Assembly: GCA_049320885.1 (NCBI GenBank)
Contig: JBMORA010000007.1
Coordinates: 1 to 29,164 of the forward strand
Direction of reading: 5' to 3'
Length of the DNA stretch: 29,164 nucleotides
From: Thermodesulfobacteriota bacterium
GTDB taxonomy: Bacteria; Desulfobacterota; Desulfobacteria; Desulfobacterales; SURF-7
Shown: piece by piece, positions 17,932 to 27,447 of the stretch
Position numbering within the stretch: the stretch's first letter is position 1
Layout of the letters: each line of letters opens with the position of its first letter
Notes under the pieces: model-generated
Databases searched by the model: none
Told to the model about the DNA's origin: nothing
Seen by the model: only the letters and a program-made list of their open reading frames with translations
Program-made: the position numbers and the translations under genes

Positions 17932-18644
17932 CCCACCTCCTCGGGGGCGTGATCGATCAGCACGCCTTTTTCCAGATAAAACCGGACCCGGGCCCGTTTG
18001 GCCGCCAGGGGGTCATGGGTGACCATCAATACGGTTTTGCCGTGTTCCGCAACCAGACGGGTCAATAATTCCAGGATTTCATTGGCGCTCTTGCGGTCCA
18101 GATCCCCGGTGGGCTCGTCGCAGAGCAGGAAGGTCGGATCCGTGACGATGGCCCGGGCGATGGCCACCCGCTGTTCCTGGCCGCCGGACAACTGCCGGGG
18201 ATAGTGCTTCAGCCGGTCCGCCAATCCCACTATGGAAAGGGCCGTCTCCACATGGCGGCGCCGGTCTTCCCTGGAGAGCCGGGTCAGGAGCAGCGGCAGC
18301 TCCACGTTCTGAAACGCCGTCATCACCGGAATGAGATTGTACAGCTGGAAAATAAAGCCCACATGCCGGGCCCGCCAGGCAGTCAGTTTTTTCCCCGGCA
18401 TGGCGGCGATATCCTCTCCTTCGATCCGGATGCTGCCGGATGTGGGGAGGTCCAATCCCCCCAGAAGATTGAGCAGGGTCGTCTTCCCGGACCCGCTGGG
18501 CCCCATGAAGGCGACGAAATCGCCTTTCCGGATGGTGAGACTGACATCGTTGAGGACTTCGATGATTTCGTTGCCGCGGGTGTATTGTTTATGCAGGCCT
18601 TTTACGGCGATCAGTTCGTTTTGTTCTTGCTGGTCCTTTTCCAT
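17928..18644 (-). CDS. ABC transporter ATP-binding protein (LolD/MacB type)
   Basis: Walker A GPSGSGKT, signature LSGGQEQR, Walker B LLCDEPT, VTHD. Confidence 0.95.
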   Translation of the reverse strand: MEKDQQEQNELIAVKGLHKQYTRGNEIIEVLNDVSLTIRKGDFVAFMGPSGSGKTTLLNLLGGLDLPTSGSIRIEGEDIAAMPGKKLTAWRARHVGFIFQLYNLIPVMTAFQNVELPLLLTRLSREDRRRHVETALSIVGLADRLKHYPRQLSGGQEQRVAIARAIVTDPTFLLCDEPTGDLDRKSANEILELLTRLVAEHGKTVLMVTHDPLAAKRARVRFYLEKGVLIDHAPEEVG

Positions 18645-18695
18645 GGGGTTCTCCGCCTCTGTGTAGTCGTGCCGCCTGGTGTTCCGGAAGCCGGT

Positions 18696-19946
18696 TTATC
18701 GTTCCGCCGGCCGGACGGTATCGCCGTCCGCAAGCTCGGCGATGTTGCCTGCCACCACCTGCTCGCCGGGCAGGATGCCGGCAAGGATGTCGACGGAGGT
18801 GCCTGTTACCGTGCCGGTTTTGACCGCGCGGCTTTCCACCGTTCCACCCTTGTAAATAAAGACGATGTGTCGATCCCCTTCCTGCCGGATGGCTTCCAGT
18901 GGAATCCGGACCGCATTCCGTCCACCACTGTCCGACTCGAGGGGCGCGTCCATAAACGCCACCTTGACGCCCATGTCCGGCAGAATCCTCGGATCGAGTT
19001 TGTCAAAGGCGATGCGCACTTTGACCGTGGCTTTCTGGCGATCGGCGGTGGGAATCACGGTGCGGACCTTGGCCGGTATGGACCAGTCCGGATAGGCGTC
19101 CAGTACGGCCGTCACGGCCTGTCCGTTTTTCACCTTGGCGATGAAGGATTCATTAATATCCACCTCGATTTCAAGGGATTCCATATCCACAATGGTGGCG
19201 ATGCCCGTGCGGGTGAAGCCCCCGCCCGCGGAAACCGGGGAAACGATCTCCCCCACCTGGGCGTCCTTCGATACCACGATGCCGGAAAAAGGGGCGGTGA
19301 CAGTATAGTTGATGAGTTCCTGTTGCATCTGCGCCAGACGGGTCCGTGACACGTCGCGCTGTTTTCCGGCAAGCAGACGCCGGGCGTCCAGGCTGTCGCG
19401 GAGCGTCTGGGTGTTTTCCAGGTCTTTTTGGGTGATGATTCCGGTCCGATGCAGCTGGATATCGCGCTCCAGGTTCCGCCGGGCATTGATCCGGTTGACC
19501 TCGATTTCGGCAATGGCGGCTTCGGCGGCAACCACTTCGGCCTCGAGGGTTTTGATGGCGGCAACGATATCGGCGTCGTCGAACCGGGCCAGCACCTCGC
19601 CTTTGGCGACATGCATGCCCTCATCCACCAGCACCTCAACCAGCCGGCCAGTGATCTTGGCGGCAATGGTGGCCCTTCTCCGGGGGGTGACATATCCGCT
19701 GGCGTTCAGTATCGTCTGCTCTTTGCCGGCCAGGACTTGTTCCACGGTCATCACGCTCACCGGGACGCTGGTTTCACGGAGATAGATCACCAGCGCGGCG
19801 GCCGTACCCAATCCCAAAAGGATCAGGACGATAAAATAGAACGATCTGCCTCGCGGGTGTGTTTCCTTGTCCCGGGGCGCGATGCGCAAACGGGATATGT
19901 CCGGGCGGTTGGATTCGGTATCAGGTTTTGAAATGGTTTCTACCAT
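18696..19946 (-). CDS. Periplasmic adaptor (MacA/HlyD-type membrane fusion protein)
   Basis: N-terminal TM, lipoyl halves (AKITGRLVEVLVDEG; APFSGIV), helical hairpin, IPTADRQKATVKV, ILPDMG; start at 19946 is uncertain. Confidence 0.88.
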   Translation of the reverse strand: MVETISKPDTESNRPDISRLRIAPRDKETHPRGRSFYFIVLILLGLGTAAALVIYLRETSVPVSVMTVEQVLAGKEQTILNASGYVTPRRRATIAAKITGRLVEVLVDEGMHVAKGEVLARFDDADIVAAIKTLEAEVVAAEAAIAEIEVNRINARRNLERDIQLHRTGIITQKDLENTQTLRDSLDARRLLAGKQRDVSRTRLAQMQQELINYTVTAPFSGIVVSKDAQVGEIVSPVSAGGGFTRTGIATIVDMESLEIEVDINESFIAKVKNGQAVTAVLDAYPDWSIPAKVRTVIPTADRQKATVKVRIAFDKLDPRILPDMGVKVAFMDAPLESDSGGRNAVRIPLEAIRQEGDRHIVFIYKGGTVESRAVKTGTVTGTSVDILAGILPGEQVVAGNIAELADGDTVRPAER

Positions 19947-20315
19947 GGCCGGTATTTGTTTTCTGGTTGAATTTCGCTGAAAGCTATCGCATGGGTTGGG
20001 CGTTTTGGCAACTGAAAAAACAGGCGGGACTCCGGCGCCATGGTATTGGATGACCATGTTTGTTCCCTGTCCGTGAAGTCGTGGACAAATGGTTTTCGCA
20101 TGCGATGGTCCTGGGAAATCCTCAGTTCCATATTGCTTTCAGCGGAATCCGCTTGTAAAGTGGAACACCGGAAATGCCGGGCAGGGACAACAATGGCGGT
20201 ACCCTTTCCCATTCGCGACCGGGATCGGGCCGTTGCCGCCAACGGCGATGGTTCCGGATTCCCGGCGGTGGATGCCTGGACGGCTGCGCTGACCCCCGAA
20301 GCAAAGGAAATCTTC

Positions 20316-22277
20316 ATGAAACAAAAGATGACAGCAGTGATGACGGCATTGTGCGGTGTTTTCTTCCTGGTTGTTTTCATGACCGGCAGCTCCCGGGCGG
20401 AATCGGATCAGTGGATCAGCCATGGACCGGAAGGCGGGGTGGTCAATACCATCATCGTGGCTCCGGACAGCACCGCCAGCCTGTATATCGGCACCGGCGG
20501 CGGCGGTGTATTCAAGAGTATCGACGGCGGCGCCCACTGGACGGCCGTCAACAACGGCCTGACCAATACCTACGTCAACGCCCTGGCCGTCAATCGGCTC
20601 AACCCGGCAACCGTTTATGCCGGCACGGGCGGCGGCGTTTTCCGGAGCCTGGACAGCGGCGCCAGCTGGACGGCGGTCAATTTCGGTTTAACCAACACGT
20701 CCGTGAGCGCCCTGGCGGTCAATCCCACCAGTCCGACCATTGTCTATGCCGGTACGGGCGGCGGCGGCGTGTTTAAAAGTCTGGACGGCGGCGGCAGCTG
20801 GACCGCCGTCAATGTGGGGCTGACCGGTTTGAGCGTGAACGCCCTGGCCGTCAACCCCTCGAATACCAGTGTGATCTATGCGGGAGTCAACGGCGGCGTG
20901 TTCGTGAGTGTCAACAGCGGCGGCAGCTGGGCGGCCCTCAACGCCGGGCTTGGCAGCACCAACGTGCTGAGCCTTGCGATGGACCCGCTGGCGCCTTCCA
21001 CCCTCTATGCCGGCGCCGAAGGCGGGTTGTTCAGAAGCCTGGACGGCGGCGGCAACTGGGACGAAATGAACACCGGACTGGATGAACCCTTTGTTTTTGA
21101 CGTCGCCGTCAATCCCACCACCACCGCGATCGTTTATGCCGGCGTCAACAACCGGGTCTACCGGAGCCTCAACGGCGGCCTCACCTGGAACGATGTGTCC
21201 TCCGGAATCGTGGATTCCGCGGTGTATGCCCTGGCGGTGGATCCTTCAAACCCCGCGACGGTCTACGCGGGCAGCAACGGGGACGGAATCTGGAAAAGCC
21301 CGGACCACGGGGAAAGCTGGGCCGAAGTCAACACCGGTCTCAGCAACACGACCGTCGACGGCCTGAAAATCGATCCGCTCACGTCCGCCACGGTTTACGC
21401 GGTGACGGCGAACAACGGCGTGTTCCGGAGTCAGGACGGGGGCGGCAGCTGGTCGGCCGTCAACACCGGGTTGGCCGACGGCGCCGTGAACGCCCTGGCG
21501 GTGGATCCGCTGACACCCACCACCCTGTACGCGGCGCTGAACGCCGACATTTATCAGACCACGGACAGTGGCGGGGAATGGACCCGTGTGGGCGCCGTGC
21601 CCTCCGCCACCGTGACCGTGCTGGAAGTTCATCCGGAAACGTCGGGGCTCATCTACGCCGGAACACGGAACAACGGCGTCTATAAAAGCCTCAACAGCGG
21701 ATCCGGCTGGGTGGGAATCAACACGGGACTCAGCGCGCCCTATGTGTCCGCCCTGGTTCTGGTCCCGGAAACTCCCGCCACCATCTATATCGGCACACTG
21801 GGAGACGGGGTTTATAAGAGCATCGACGGCGGGGCCAACTGGACGGCGGTGAATGCCGGGCTCACCAACATCAATGTGTACACACTGGACGTCCGTTCCG
21901 AAACTGTCTATGCGGGCACCGGCGGCGGGGGCGTGTTCAAGAGCGAAAACGGCGGAAACTCGTGGTCGGCCGCCAACAACGGCCTGACGGAAACCACGGT
22001 GAATTCCCTGGTCATCCACCCGGAAACCACGACAACCATCTATGCCGGGACCAACGGGGGGGTGTTCCGCAGCACGGACAGCGGCGTCAATTGGTCCGCC
22101 ATCAACGACGGTCTGACGAACACCACCGTGCGGGTCCTGGCCATTGATCCGGCCACCCCGTCCATCCTTTACGCCGGGACAGCCGGGGGCGGGGTCTTTC
22201 AGTATAGCGACAGCTCCGGTTCCGGTGATGACGATGAAGACGAAGGCTGCTTCATCACCACGGTCTGTCCCTGGTGA
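20316..22277 (+). CDS. Secreted Asp-box/BNR-repeat double beta-propeller (14 blades) with a CFI-box-like C-terminal motif
   Basis: Signal peptide ending SSRA-E; 14 repeats of ~43 aa (W-xxxN-xGL...V-xALAVxP...YAGT-xGGVFxSxDxG); tail SSGSGDDDEDEGCFITTVCPW; AAGGA RBS before 20316. Confidence 0.85.
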   Translation: MKQKMTAVMTALCGVFFLVVFMTGSSRAESDQWISHGPEGGVVNTIIVAPDSTASLYIGTGGGGVFKSIDGGAHWTAVNNGLTNTYVNALAVNRLNPATVYAGTGGGVFRSLDSGASWTAVNFGLTNTSVSALAVNPTSPTIVYAGTGGGGVFKSLDGGGSWTAVNVGLTGLSVNALAVNPSNTSVIYAGVNGGVFVSVNSGGSWAALNAGLGSTNVLSLAMDPLAPSTLYAGAEGGLFRSLDGGGNWDEMNTGLDEPFVFDVAVNPTTTAIVYAGVNNRVYRSLNGGLTWNDVSSGIVDSAVYALAVDPSNPATVYAGSNGDGIWKSPDHGESWAEVNTGLSNTTVDGLKIDPLTSATVYAVTANNGVFRSQDGGGSWSAVNTGLADGAVNALAVDPLTPTTLYAALNADIYQTTDSGGEWTRVGAVPSATVTVLEVHPETSGLIYAGTRNNGVYKSLNSGSGWVGINTGLSAPYVSALVLVPETPATIYIGTLGDGVYKSIDGGANWTAVNAGLTNINVYTLDVRSETVYAGTGGGGVFKSENGGNSWSAANNGLTETTVNSLVIHPETTTTIYAGTNGGVFRSTDSGVNWSAINDGLTNTTVRVLAIDPATPSILYAGTAGGGVFQYSDSSGSGDDDEDEGCFITTVCPW

Positions 22278-22331
22278 GGAGGGGGCCGCGCGGGCACGGC
22301 AACCGGCCGGCTGGTCCAAAAACCGGGTAAC

Positions 22332-22718
22332 TCATTCCTCCGGATCCGAGGGCCGGCGGCGGTTTTTTTTCCTGGATGCCAGATCGAGGCGGTCCTTTTC
22401 CCGGCGGACCGATTCCCGGCGGTCCAGGATATTGCAGGAATACAGATACAGGGGGTCCAGTTTCCGTTGCCGCCGTTCCCGTTGCCGCTTCCTTTCCGGA
22501 TGATCCGCCCCGGCCCCATGGCCGTTTCCCGGCGTTTCCCGGCGTTCATCACCTCTTCGATGTTCGGAACCCCCTGCCATATAATAGGCCAGGTTACGCC
22601 AGCCTTTCCGCCGACTTCCATTGGAGCGGCGCTCGGCCTGCATTTCAAGCCCGGACGCGTTCTCTTGGGGGATCGGTTCGGCTGGAGAGCCTTTTTGTCC
22701 ATCGGAAGAGTGGGTCAT
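22332..22718 (-). CDS. Small Arg-rich protein with repeated [DE]RR motifs
   Basis: AGGAGG RBS 6 nt upstream; motifs ERRSNGSRR, EHRRGDERR, ERKRQRERR, DRRESVRR. Confidence 0.62.
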   Translation of the reverse strand: MTHSSDGQKGSPAEPIPQENASGLEMQAERRSNGSRRKGWRNLAYYMAGGSEHRRGDERRETPGNGHGAGADHPERKRQRERRQRKLDPLYLYSCNILDRRESVRREKDRLDLASRKKNRRRPSDPEE

Positions 22719-22815
22719 GGGGAACCTCCTTGGGTGACGGGTTACCTATTCCAATACCGCTCCGATTCGTTTTCGGCAACTGTTTTTTCGATCCAGATCC
22801 ATCTGTCAGCGGGCA

Positions 22816-23652
22816 TCAGTCCGGATGATCGGCGGATTCGATCAGCCGCTGGCGGAGCCGTTCGCTGACGAACATCATGGATTCGATGTCCAAATGGGCC
22901 GTCACCGTCTCGTCGAACAACAGTTTGGTTTTGGCTTCAAAGCCTTCCGCGGTGTCTTGATCCCAGAAAAGCAACACCAGGGGGACCCGGGGCAGGGGAC
23001 GGAATAAAAAGACGGCATCGGCGGATTCACCGCCTTCGGTGGTCGGCATGCCGCCAAGTTTCCGGGCCGCTTTCCGGAGGTCTTCCAGCCGGCCTTTGAA
23101 GCGTTCCACCAGCGGCGCCTCCACATGCTCCCGCATGGATTTGATTTTGGAAACGGTATTGGGGAACTGTTCCAAACCCTTCCAGTTCCGGCCCGGTAGG
23201 ACACTGCCGCCCTGGGCGATATGATTGAACAGAAAAACCTGTTCCCAGCGGTTCAGTTCGCCGCCGTCATTTTTCCGGACCAGCCCTTCGCCGATGAGGA
23301 CCGTATCGGTGAAATACGGCAGTTCCAGGAGGGTTCCACCGTCCCGATCCACCAGGCGTCCGCCGATTCGATCCGGAAGGTCCTGGAGACGGATGGAGGC
23401 GGCGCGTTCCCGGGACCATTGAAGCGCTTCCATGGCCATATCTTTTTTGGTCCATTTGCCGGCGGCATGCTGGGCGTCCAATTCCGGCTGACAACGGGCG
23501 ATAACCGCCTCAGCCAGGTGGGGACATTGGTTCAGGGGTTTTTTCTCCGAAACCACCATGCTGGCAAAGGCCAGGCAAGTGGGATAGCCGCAATCCCCGC
23601 AATTGGTTCTGGGAAGCACTTTTTGATACAGATCGACAACCGATAACGCCAT
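22816..23652 (-). CDS. Putative Fe-S cluster domain + DUF3786 protein
   Basis: LPRTNCGDCGYPTCLAFA...CP (4Fe-4S, as in RnfB/AcsC N-termini); C-terminal PLPRVPL..LFWD....F.AK..LLFD.T...HLDIE; GAGG RBS. Confidence 0.85.
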   Translation of the reverse strand: MALSVVDLYQKVLPRTNCGDCGYPTCLAFASMVVSEKKPLNQCPHLAEAVIARCQPELDAQHAAGKWTKKDMAMEALQWSRERAASIRLQDLPDRIGGRLVDRDGGTLLELPYFTDTVLIGEGLVRKNDGGELNRWEQVFLFNHIAQGGSVLPGRNWKGLEQFPNTVSKIKSMREHVEAPLVERFKGRLEDLRKAARKLGGMPTTEGGESADAVFLFRPLPRVPLVLLFWDQDTAEGFEAKTKLLFDETVTAHLDIESMMFVSERLRQRLIESADHPD

Positions 23653-23684
23653 GGAATTACCTCAACTTTTTATGCCGGGCCGGA

Positions 23685-26540
23685 TCAGTTCTTCTGGATG
23701 GATACCCGCATCTCCCATTCTTCCTCCTGATCAGAATTCATGAGCCGGACTTCCTTGATGAGAGCGTGTTTCCGGGATTCCCGCAGGATAATGGATGCGT
23801 GGGGGCCGAAAACCGAGGTCCCCTCGTAAATGACGCCGCGGACTTTGACCGCAGGTGACCCTTTTTGTTCCCGGGCCCATTTCATCATATCGTCCCGCTC
23901 GTCGTTATGGGCCTGGATTTTCTGATCGATCTCCCGGATCAGGGAAGCGATTTCCGCGGCGCGCACCGCGAAGACATCCTGTTTTTCGAACAGTGCGTTG
24001 ATGGCCGCCTCGGCCCTGCGGGCCTTTTCCTGAAGGGCCTTGATGGCGGCCTCCGCTTCTGCGCGGGTCGCGGCGGTCGCTTCCGCCGATGACAGGTTTT
24101 TTTTCAGGGCCCGGATTTCCACTTCCGCCCGGTCCTGTTCCTGGGCGAGGAGCGCGATCTGTCCCTCAAACCCTTTTTCTTCTTCCTTCATCCGGACGGT
24201 CTCCTCTTCCAGGGCTGTTTTTTTCTCCTGGAGTGCGGCCACGGCTTCCTTGATGACTTGAAGCTCCCTTTCCAGATGCTTGTCCACATCGATTTTCAAC
24301 TTGCTGGGGGTGGAAACGTCCGTGCCGACATCCAGCGCTTCGACCCCTTTTTTGGCGCATATTTCCGAGGAGATGATCTTGCCGCTCCGGACGATGCAGA
24401 CCCCGCTGGTTTCAATCGTCGAATCGATGATTTCCTTCTGGGTGACCACATCACCGAAAGCCGCGATCACGGCGTTCTTGATGTATTTCGCCTGGACCAT
24501 CCCCTGGGCCTTGATTTTCCCCCCGGTGATCCCGCCCGAGACGATGACATCTCCGGTGGCCTGAATGTCGGCGTCGACGATTTCCTTGGCCGAGATATTG
24601 GCGGCGCGGACCCGAAAACCGCTCTGGATGGTTTCGTTCACCCGGACATTGCCGTCGAATTCCACATGACCGGTTTCCAGACCGATATCGCCCTTGATGT
24701 GAATTTCGGAGAGCACCGCCACCTTGCCGCCGAAATAAGCCACGGGTTGACCGTCGACGGCGGCGAAGGCGCGCATTCCGTCTGCGGATAATTCGACTCC
24801 GGCGCCTTCCTTCAGGCGCATATCAGCTACCGGCTCCACGGGAATCAACTCACCGAAGATATCGACGCCCGTTTCCCCGGAAATCATGGGGATTTTTTCG
24901 GCAATCAGCTCCCCCTTGGATACATGGGGAATTTCGCCCCTGTTTTTATAATCAATGCTGCCGTCCTCGTTCACCGCGCCGACCGTCAAATGCTCGGTGT
25001 TGAAATAATATTTGATGGTTCCCGCTCGCCCCACGCGGCACGGTTTGCCGGTGGCTGCCACAAGGCTCGTCCCGCCCGGGTTTTCATTTTTTAAAAAGGC
25101 TTCGATCTGGGCGTCATCCACTATTCCCTGAACAATCTGCTGGTCCGCCAGAAAGGAGCGGATGTCAGCCGCCGACACTCGCACCGGGCCGTCCTCGATT
25201 TTCCGGATCACGGCCCTGAGGCGGTCCTCACTGATATGGATTTCAAAGGGATGGCCGGCAATAATGGCGCGGCCCCCAAACGTTTCCGTGGTTTCCGCGG
25301 ATTCATCCACGGCATCTTTCGTTTGCGCTTGTTCGGCCTTGGCGGCCTCCCACTGCTCATTGGTCAACAGCTTCATTTTCATCAGGATTTCGCCGGCCGG
25401 AATCTTGCTGCGTTTTTCCTGCAGGGTTCGGGTCTGGATGGACAGGGCTTTTTCGGCAATGTCTTTGGTGATCCAGCCTTTGGCAACGGCGATCTCGCAG
25501 AAACGGCTTTCAGATTGGGCATACCGGTGCTGGTCTTCCAGGAAGCGATCCCGATGGGCGGCGGTGAGAACACCGTCCGCAACCAGCAGGTCTCCCACCA
25601 GGACGCGTTTTTTTTCCGTCTCGTAGAGATGCAGCTGTTCGGCCAATGCGCGATCCCCTTCCTGGCGGGTCAGGAGGTTTTCGGCGATGGCCATTCCAAT
25701 CAATTCTTTGTCCAATTTCCGGATATTGAAGAATTTTTTATCCTTGAAAATTTCCTTCTTGGACTCGAGTTTTTCGGAAATCTCTTCCGAGACCGCCGAT
25801 GGTTCGACTGCCATTTCGCCTGGTTCGGCTGCCGGACGTTCCGGCACGGTCGCCTCCGGTGGCCGGGCCTGCAGCGCCGCTTCGGGGGTATCCGGGAAGG
25901 TTCCCGGCGAGGACGGCGCCGTTCCGGCTGGATGCGGCTGGGTTTCTTCCCGGACCTGTCCGGCGGGCTTCAATTCGGCGGAGCGCAGCAGGGCGCAGAA
26001 TCTGCCGGTGCGTTGCTGGGCGGCCATGATGCTTGTTTTTTGTTCCGGCGTCAAATGACCCGCGGCAACCAGGATGTCTCCGATGAGAATGCATTCCTCG
26101 GTGGCTTTGAAATGGGCGGCCTGGGACGAAAGGGCCTGCTGGATGTTGTCTTCCGGGATATGGTGTTCCCGGGCGGCGATCCGGGCGAACTGTTTATCGA
26201 GCTGACGGATGGTGGCAATGATCAGCCGGCGCATGTTTTCCCGGGAGATCATCTCTTTCTTGATCAGGATTTCCTCCAGGGAAAGGTCGCGCCCCGCCTT
26301 TTTCACCGCGGCTTGTATGCCGTAGGCGATTTTCAGCTTTTCTTCCGTGATCAGTTTGCCCTCCAGGGCGATCCGGATCAACAGATCAGTGGGTTTTACT
26401 TCCGGGGAACGCCGGACCGTGAATTTTTCGCCGCATTGCTTGCAGGTCATGATCCGGCCGACAATACCCTCCGGCACTTTGTATTTGTACTGGCAGGCGG
26501 CGCAGGCGACTACAATGAATTGATGATCCGATTCCGTCAT
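23685..26540 (-). CDS. FapA/DUF342 family protein with an N-terminal zinc ribbon and MshEN-like helical repeats
   Basis: CAAC...CKQC; repeats such as IGDILVAAGHLT and VGDLLVADGVLT; DUF342 motifs DGSIDYK, GDIGLETGHVEFDGNV, coiled coil, GVIYEGT; start chosen at MTESD (AGGA RBS), 26579 also possible. Confidence 0.85.
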   Translation of the reverse strand: MTESDHQFIVVACAACQYKYKVPEGIVGRIMTCKQCGEKFTVRRSPEVKPTDLLIRIALEGKLITEEKLKIAYGIQAAVKKAGRDLSLEEILIKKEMISRENMRRLIIATIRQLDKQFARIAAREHHIPEDNIQQALSSQAAHFKATEECILIGDILVAAGHLTPEQKTSIMAAQQRTGRFCALLRSAELKPAGQVREETQPHPAGTAPSSPGTFPDTPEAALQARPPEATVPERPAAEPGEMAVEPSAVSEEISEKLESKKEIFKDKKFFNIRKLDKELIGMAIAENLLTRQEGDRALAEQLHLYETEKKRVLVGDLLVADGVLTAAHRDRFLEDQHRYAQSESRFCEIAVAKGWITKDIAEKALSIQTRTLQEKRSKIPAGEILMKMKLLTNEQWEAAKAEQAQTKDAVDESAETTETFGGRAIIAGHPFEIHISEDRLRAVIRKIEDGPVRVSAADIRSFLADQQIVQGIVDDAQIEAFLKNENPGGTSLVAATGKPCRVGRAGTIKYYFNTEHLTVGAVNEDGSIDYKNRGEIPHVSKGELIAEKIPMISGETGVDIFGELIPVEPVADMRLKEGAGVELSADGMRAFAAVDGQPVAYFGGKVAVLSEIHIKGDIGLETGHVEFDGNVRVNETIQSGFRVRAANISAKEIVDADIQATGDVIVSGGITGGKIKAQGMVQAKYIKNAVIAAFGDVVTQKEIIDSTIETSGVCIVRSGKIISSEICAKKGVEALDVGTDVSTPSKLKIDVDKHLERELQVIKEAVAALQEKKTALEEETVRMKEEEKGFEGQIALLAQEQDRAEVEIRALKKNLSSAEATAATRAEAEAAIKALQEKARRAEAAINALFEKQDVFAVRAAEIASLIREIDQKIQAHNDERDDMMKWAREQKGSPAVKVRGVIYEGTSVFGPHASIILRESRKHALIKEVRLMNSDQEEEWEMRVSIQKN

Positions 26541-26728
26541 AAGCTTTTTTCCTGCCGGGGATGCAACCGCGACATCCATTGATCACAGGGGGTTGAGAAC
26601 GAAATTTGTTCTGTTTGAAACGACCGGTTCGCCCGGGGTTTCGACTGACAACTGTCCAGCCGCAGCCCGGTCGACGGAACGGTCGGAAAAGGTTGGCTTA
26701 TTTCTTTTTCAGGACGTTTATGATTGGA

Positions 26729-26757
26729 AATATACGAAAAATCGTGAGCAATGTCAA
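26729..26757 (-). promoter_or_regulatory. Putative sigma70 promoter for the FapA-like gene cluster
   Basis: Minus strand TTGACA (26757-26752), 17 nt, TATATT (26734-26729). Confidence 0.65.
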
Positions 26758-26771
26758 GTAAAGGAAAGGGC

Positions 26772-27425
26772 TTACAATTGGATGAGCCGTTTGCGCAGGG
26801 CGATTTTGGTCAATTCCGTCGTGTTCTGGGCATGCAATTTTTCCATGATGTTATATTTATGGGATTCCACGGTTTTTTTGCTGATAAACAGCATGGCGGC
26901 TATTTTTTTGATGGGAAGGCCGTCGGCCAGCAGGCGGAAAACCTCCTGTTCCCGGCGGCTCAGTTTTCCGAAATTATCGGATTTGGTTTGTGAATTTTCC
27001 AAATTCCGCATGTGGTTCGACAACAGGTCGGGAGCCCATTCGCCGAAATAGGTTCCACCCGCGGTGACGGTTTTCAAGGCCAGAATCAGGTTGGAGATGG
27101 GTTCTTGTTTCAATACATAAGCCGATATGCCGGTTTTGAGCAGTTCAAGGAAAAATTCTGTTTCGGAATGCATGGTGAAAATCACGATGCGGGTATCCCG
27201 GGCTTTTTTTTTGAGCTGGGCCGTTGTTTCCAGGCCGTCCATTTCCGGCATGGAAATATCCAGGATGACGATATCCGGCCCCAGGGATTCGGCCAGTGAC
27301 ATCACCTGGCGGCCATCCAGCGCCTCGCCGACGATCTCAAACACCGGTTCCTTTTGCAGCGCGTTTTTGATGCCTTCGATGACGACCCGGTGATCGTCGC
27401 CGATGAGAATCCTGGTTTTTTTCAT
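26772..27425 (-). CDS. NarL/LuxR-family response regulator
   Basis: ILIGDDH, VILDISMP, YVLK; HTH LSRREQEVFRLLADG...TVESHKYNIMEKL. Confidence 0.95.
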   Translation of the reverse strand: MKKTRILIGDDHRVVIEGIKNALQKEPVFEIVGEALDGRQVMSLAESLGPDIVILDISMPEMDGLETTAQLKKKARDTRIVIFTMHSETEFFLELLKTGISAYVLKQEPISNLILALKTVTAGGTYFGEWAPDLLSNHMRNLENSQTKSDNFGKLSRREQEVFRLLADGLPIKKIAAMLFISKKTVESHKYNIMEKLHAQNTTELTKIALRKRLIQL

Positions 27426-27447
27426 GGACCGGCTCCCGCCGTGTGTC

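Noticed and set aside
15617..19946. MacAB-type exporter lacking a TolC gene as a novelty
   Set aside because: Adaptor + ATPase + two permeases with the outer-membrane factor encoded elsewhere is a common arrangement.
19947..20315. Upstream ORF extensions (20040 and 20057 starts) and a possible riboswitch in this divergent intergenic region
   Set aside because: The signal peptide/TM and RBS favour later starts; no c-di-GMP-I or other riboswitch consensus was recognised by eye.
20410..22205. Strong ~130-bp nucleotide periodicity as a DNA repeat array or DGR
   Set aside because: Fully explained by protein-level Asp-box blades; no reverse transcriptase and no adenine-specific template/variable pair seen.
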